In this document: in pieces, positions 59,848-64,000 of the stretch
Layout of the letters: every line of letters starts with the position of its first letter
Position numbering within the stretch: the stretch's first letter is position 1
IMG/VR virus record: IMGVR_UViG_3300024344_003081
DNA from: a virus
Taxonomy: Duplodnaviria > Caudoviricetes
Length of the DNA stretch: 64,000 nucleotides
Strand: one strand, 5' to 3'
Notes under the pieces: generated by a model
Told to the model about the DNA's origin: nothing
Databases searched by the model: none
What the model saw: the letters and a program-made list of their open reading frames with translations, nothing else
Program-made: the position numbers and the translations under genes

Positions 59848-61713
59848 ATGGCAGAAGCTACTAAATTACGGGTTTCAGAATTAGACTTTGATCAAATAAA
59901 AACTAATTTTAAAAGTTTTCTCAAAGAACAAGATATCTTTAGAGATTATAATCAAGATGGTTCTGTTATTTCTCAACTATTAGATATTTTAGCATATAAT
60001 ACTCATTATAATGCTTTTTATTTAAACATGGTAGCAAATGAAATGTATATTGATTCTGCAACTACTAGAAATGCTATGATATCTTTGTCTAAGTTATTAG
60101 GTTATACTCCGAAATCAAGAACTGGAGCAACAGCAAATGTAAATATATCAATAACACCCGATGATGCTCCTTCAAATATTACTGTAGTAAAAAATACACA
60201 ATTTAATACTGTTATAAATGGAGTCAATTTTTCTTTTGTTACTGATAAATCATATTCTACAACTGCAAATTCTGATAATTCAACAGTTACCATTTCAAAT
60301 GTTACATTGATTGAAGGTGATCCATTAACTTATAGATATACTGCTAATACACAAGATTCTTCACAAAGATTTACTATTCCTAATAGAGGAGTTGATCATT
60401 CAACAGTTACAATTTCTATTAAAGAAAATTCTTTTACTACTGAATTGTCTCCTTATACTTTAGCATCTGATTTACTTGGTGTTAGTTCAACATCAAATGT
60501 ATTTTTTATAGAAGAGGCTTCAGATTTTAAGACAGATATAAAATTTGGAGATGGTGTTTTAGGAAGAAAATTAAAATCTGGAAATATTGTTATTATTGAT
60601 TATAATGTTTGTGCTGGTGTAATGGGAAACGGTGCAAATAATTTTTCAGTTGCAACAACTGTTGGTGGTTATTCAACCGCTACTGTTTCAACTAATAGTA
60701 AAGCTGAAGGTGGTTCAGATGAGGAAACTATTAATTCTATAAGATTTAATGCTCCCAGACATTATAATACACAAAATCGAGCAGTAACAACAGATGATTA
60801 TAAAAGAATAATTTTAAGAGATTATCCATTGGCAGAATCAATAGTTGTATATGGGGGAGAAGAAGCTGATCCTCCAGAATATGGAAAAGTTTTTATAGGT
60901 ATAAAACCTAAATCGGGACTATATTTAACTGATTCAGTAAAAACAAATATTAAAGATAATATTCTCAAAAAATATAACGTTGCATCTATAACACCAGAGT
61001 TTGTTGATCTTGATTACATTTATATTTTATTAACAACAACTGTTAATTTTGATTCACGAAAAACAACAAAAACTTCACAAACATTAAGAAGTAGTATTAT
61101 AAATTCTATTAACACATATGTTAATGAAGACCTTTATAAATTTGAACAAGCATTTAGATTATCGAAGTTACAAACAAAAATAGATGATACTGATTCTTCT
61201 GTTTTAGGTAATGATAGTTCTATTAGATTGAAAAAAGTATTCGAACCATTATTAAATGCGAAATTATCTTATACTCTAAGATTTAATAATTCAATTTTTC
61301 ATCCTCATAGTGGTCATGCTCCTGCTTTATCTTCTACCACATTTTCTATAAATGATGAACAAGATGTTTTAAGAGAAGATTGTAAAATAAAAGATAAAGA
61401 TAGTGTATTAATAGTTTATAGAATAGATAATGAAGGAAAAGAACATACAGTCCGAGAAAATATTGGTTCAATTGATTATATAACTGGAAAAGTAATAATA
61501 GATGCTTTTGATCCCGCATCGTATACAGGTCATAACATTAATATAACTGTTATACCAGTTTTAAGTGATATATCATCTTTGAGAGAGCAATTAATAACAA
61601 TTCAAGAGAGTGATATTAATTTAAAGATGAATGATACATCATTAGTTGAAAAACAAGATCAAATAACAACAAGTAAAACCACAACATCTCAAACAACGGC
61701 AGTAAATTATTAA
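59848..61713 (+). CDS. gp6: Baseplate wedge subunit
   Basis: ELDFDQIK, LLDILAYNTHYNAFY.NM..NE..DSA..R, QNRAVT..DY, PP.YGKVFI. Confidence 0.95.
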   Translation: MAEATKLRVSELDFDQIKTNFKSFLKEQDIFRDYNQDGSVISQLLDILAYNTHYNAFYLNMVANEMYIDSATTRNAMISLSKLLGYTPKSRTGATANVNISITPDDAPSNITVVKNTQFNTVINGVNFSFVTDKSYSTTANSDNSTVTISNVTLIEGDPLTYRYTANTQDSSQRFTIPNRGVDHSTVTISIKENSFTTELSPYTLASDLLGVSSTSNVFFIEEASDFKTDIKFGDGVLGRKLKSGNIVIIDYNVCAGVMGNGANNFSVATTVGGYSTATVSTNSKAEGGSDEETINSIRFNAPRHYNTQNRAVTTDDYKRIILRDYPLAESIVVYGGEEADPPEYGKVFIGIKPKSGLYLTDSVKTNIKDNILKKYNVASITPEFVDLDYIYILLTTTVNFDSRKTTKTSQTLRSSIINSINTYVNEDLYKFEQAFRLSKLQTKIDDTDSSVLGNDSSIRLKKVFEPLLNAKLSYTLRFNNSIFHPHSGHAPALSSTTFSINDEQDVLREDCKIKDKDSVLIVYRIDNEGKEHTVRENIGSIDYITGKVIIDAFDPASYTGHNINITVIPVLSDISSLREQLITIQESDINLKMNDTSLVEKQDQITTSKTTTSQTTAVNY

Positions 61714-61714
61714 A

Positions 61715-64000
61715 ATGTCAGAATATAATTGGTTAAAAGATACAGAAAATACGAAATTAGTAAGTAAGATATCTAATTTAGTTGAGAATCAATTTCCAGA
61801 ATTTGTTAAAAATGAAGGAACGAATTTTGTTGAATTTTTAAAATTTTACTACAAATGGATGGAATCACATGAATTAACTATTAAAGATGTGGTTCAAGAT
61901 GAATATCATATTAGATTAGAAAGTGAACAGGGCGGTTTTGTTTTAGAAACTGGATCGGATTTTATTTTAGAAGGCGATAGAACTAATAATAGTGCTTATG
62001 AAAAAAATGAAATTATAACAGGAATGACTTCAGGTGCAACTGGTACTGTTGATAGAAACACAAATACTGCATCGAGTAAAATTTATGTAACAGGAGTAAC
62101 GAAAACAGATTTCGAAGTAGGTGAAATAATTAAAGGCACAAATAATCGTACACTTGGTACTGTAACTAGCTTTCAGAAAAATCCTCTTTTTGCATCGAGA
62201 ACATTATTAAAATCAAAAGATATTGATAGCACTACAACAACTATGATGGATTATTTTGCTAAAGAATTTTTGATAAATTTTCCATTAAATTTAAGTACAG
62301 ACAAACCACTTTTAATAAAACATATATCTGATATTTACAGATCAAAGGGAACAAGTACTTCATATGATTTTTTATTTAAATCATTATATGATATACAAAA
62401 TCTTACTTTTTATACCCCAAAACTAGATTTACTTAAACCTTCTACTGGTAATTGGCAACAAGACAAATCTATCAGAATTATTACAGATGATCCTGCGACA
62501 TCATTTGAAAGTCATTCTGTTACAGGAAAACAATCAGGAGCAACTGGAATTGTAAATCGTATTGAAGAATTTGCGGCTGGAGTTTTTGATATAACAGAAT
62601 TATTTTTAACAAATATTGAAGGAACATTTATTGTAGGAGAATCGGTAGACTCAAATGAAGTTGATGGAGTATCTGGTAGTGGAATAGCACAAGGATTAAT
62701 ATCTGAAATTCTTATTTCCACTGCGGGTTCTGATTATAAAATAAATGATAAACTTTCATTTTCTGGTGGGGGAGGTGTTGAAGCAAAAGCAAAAGTAACA
62801 GATATTGGATCTGGTGCATTAGCTAAATTTACTATATTCGATGGTGGAGATGGATATCTTGAAGATAAAGAATTAACAGTAAATAATTTTGCTACGTTGG
62901 GAACTGGATTTGCTGGAAAAATTAAAGATGTAATTGATACTTTTACATTTTCAAAAAATGAAGATATAATAGGAAATTATACTTCAGTTACATTGGATGC
63001 TCTTGCATATGAATTGAGTGGAGATGTATCAGCGGATGTCGATAGTAGATTAATTGATGCATTAGGTTTTTCAAAATTAGATGCAGGACACATTTCTAGT
63101 GTAGAAACTACTGGTACTGGTGCTGGTTATGAGGCTATTCCTAAAATATCAGTTTCAGAATCAACAACTGAAGATTTTAATGAAAATTCTGTTCAAATTT
63201 TGAATTTAAATCCAGATCCTGATGATCTTGGTACAACTAATGCGATTACAGATTTTTTTGATCCTGGTGAAAAAATAACTTCTAATAGTGGTAATAAAAT
63301 AGGAACATTTTTTGGTACTGTATCGACAACATATGATCACTTAGATCCTTCCAGAATAAGAGTAAAAACTATAAAATTTTTAGATCAAAATGTAACTGAA
63401 AAAATTCCAATTGCACAAAGAAACGATTTGCTTGTAAATAATTCTTCTTATTTAGCAACTTCAAATCCATCAGTATATCATGTACAATTCGTTACTGGTG
63501 GTTCGGGTTCAGTAAATACTATAAAATATAAACGAGGAATTGATGCAAGAGAAGATTTTAATAGTGCAAATAATACTGGAAATATAGATTTTTATCCAAC
63601 ATCAGGTGGAGTAGATGTAACAGGTGGTTATCAAACATTAAGTTTTGGTATTACATCAATTACTAGATCAAGCACAATTGCAACTGCAACCACATATGGA
63701 AAACATGGATTAGAAGATGGGCAAATAGTTGCTATATCAGGAGCAAGTCCTGCTGGTTACAATGGAACTGCAACAATTACGGTAGCAAGTACAACTTCTT
63801 TTTCATATACCGTAGGGGGTTCCCTTACAACTCCTGCTACAGGAACTATAACTTATAATGAAAATGTTTCTGTAAAATTTACATTACCTTTTGGACATAC
63901 TACTGATGATGAATATGCTTTTTCTACTATTGATTTTGTTTCTAATGAAGTTCTTACTGGCGCTAATTCTGCCGCAGTTGCAACTGTAAACACTGGTGTT
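61715..64000 (+). CDS. gp7: Baseplate wedge initiator, truncated by window end (absent from ORF track)
   Basis: ISNLVENQFPEFV...FVEFLKFYY, IK.I...Y.SKGT..S..FLF...Y; FCCH-like module at 63650-63856. Confidence 0.85.
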   Translation, partial: MSEYNWLKDTENTKLVSKISNLVENQFPEFVKNEGTNFVEFLKFYYKWMESHELTIKDVVQDEYHIRLESEQGGFVLETGSDFILEGDRTNNSAYEKNEIITGMTSGATGTVDRNTNTASSKIYVTGVTKTDFEVGEIIKGTNNRTLGTVTSFQKNPLFASRTLLKSKDIDSTTTTMMDYFAKEFLINFPLNLSTDKPLLIKHISDIYRSKGTSTSYDFLFKSLYDIQNLTFYTPKLDLLKPSTGNWQQDKSIRIITDDPATSFESHSVTGKQSGATGIVNRIEEFAAGVFDITELFLTNIEGTFIVGESVDSNEVDGVSGSGIAQGLISEILISTAGSDYKINDKLSFSGGGGVEAKAKVTDIGSGALAKFTIFDGGDGYLEDKELTVNNFATLGTGFAGKIKDVIDTFTFSKNEDIIGNYTSVTLDALAYELSGDVSADVDSRLIDALGFSKLDAGHISSVETTGTGAGYEAIPKISVSESTTEDFNENSVQILNLNPDPDDLGTTNAITDFFDPGEKITSNSGNKIGTFFGTVSTTYDHLDPSRIRVKTIKFLDQNVTEKIPIAQRNDLLVNNSSYLATSNPSVYHVQFVTGGSGSVNTIKYKRGIDAREDFNSANNTGNIDFYPTSGGVDVTGGYQTLSFGITSITRSSTIATATTYGKHGLEDGQIVAISGASPAGYNGTATITVASTTSFSYTVGGSLTTPATGTITYNENVSVKFTLPFGHTTDDEYAFSTIDFVSNEVLTGANSAAVATVNTGV

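Noticed and set aside
1-64000. Stop-codon reassignment
   Set aside because: Core genes (gp32, gp6, gp5, gp25) are full-length and abut neatly under the standard code.
1-64000. CRISPR arrays, tRNAs, introns, inteins, homing endonucleases, diversity-generating retroelement
   Set aside because: No spaced repeats, cloverleafs, splice or intein motifs, LAGLIDADG/GIY-YIG/HNH motifs or reverse transcriptase seen by eye. The 21.7/56.0 kb repeat differs at all base types, not only adenines.

Overview
AT-rich fragment of a large T4-like (Tevenvirinae/Kyanoviridae-style) myophage genome; no host genes, tRNA, rRNA or CRISPR recognised. (1) 1-31.2 kb is an almost gapless + strand run of modification enzymes: 11 radical SAM proteins, 5 2OG/Fe(II)-type oxygenases, many glycosyltransferase-like genes, a cytidylyltransferase, a PLP aminotransferase, an amidinotransferase, a QueC-like PP-loop protein, a sulfotransferase-like protein, an SGNH hydrolase and a MORN-repeat protein. 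(2) 31.1-32.9 kb holds two minus-strand orphans. (3) 33-40.8 kb has two giant multidomain glycosyltransferases (one ending in an Aah/TibC-like heptosyltransferase) followed by gp33-gp59-gp32. (4) 40.9-64 kb is the tail/baseplate module: tape-measure candidate, gp51, gp26, gp54, gp2 and gp4 on minus; two gp48, gp53, hub, gp5, large Ig-like insertions, gp25, gp6 and a partial gp7 on plus. Best leads: a ~65-aa virion-protein module copied into one radical SAM enzyme (41/66 aa identical to a segment of the 1313-aa structural protein 34 kb away); a U9 slippery site joining gp26 to gp51 in the -1 frame just upstream of the tape-measure candidate; a GC-rich structured element after gp32; and the enzyme cluster itself, possibly a virion-glycan or protein modification system. 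All family calls are motif recognition by eye; no database searches were run.
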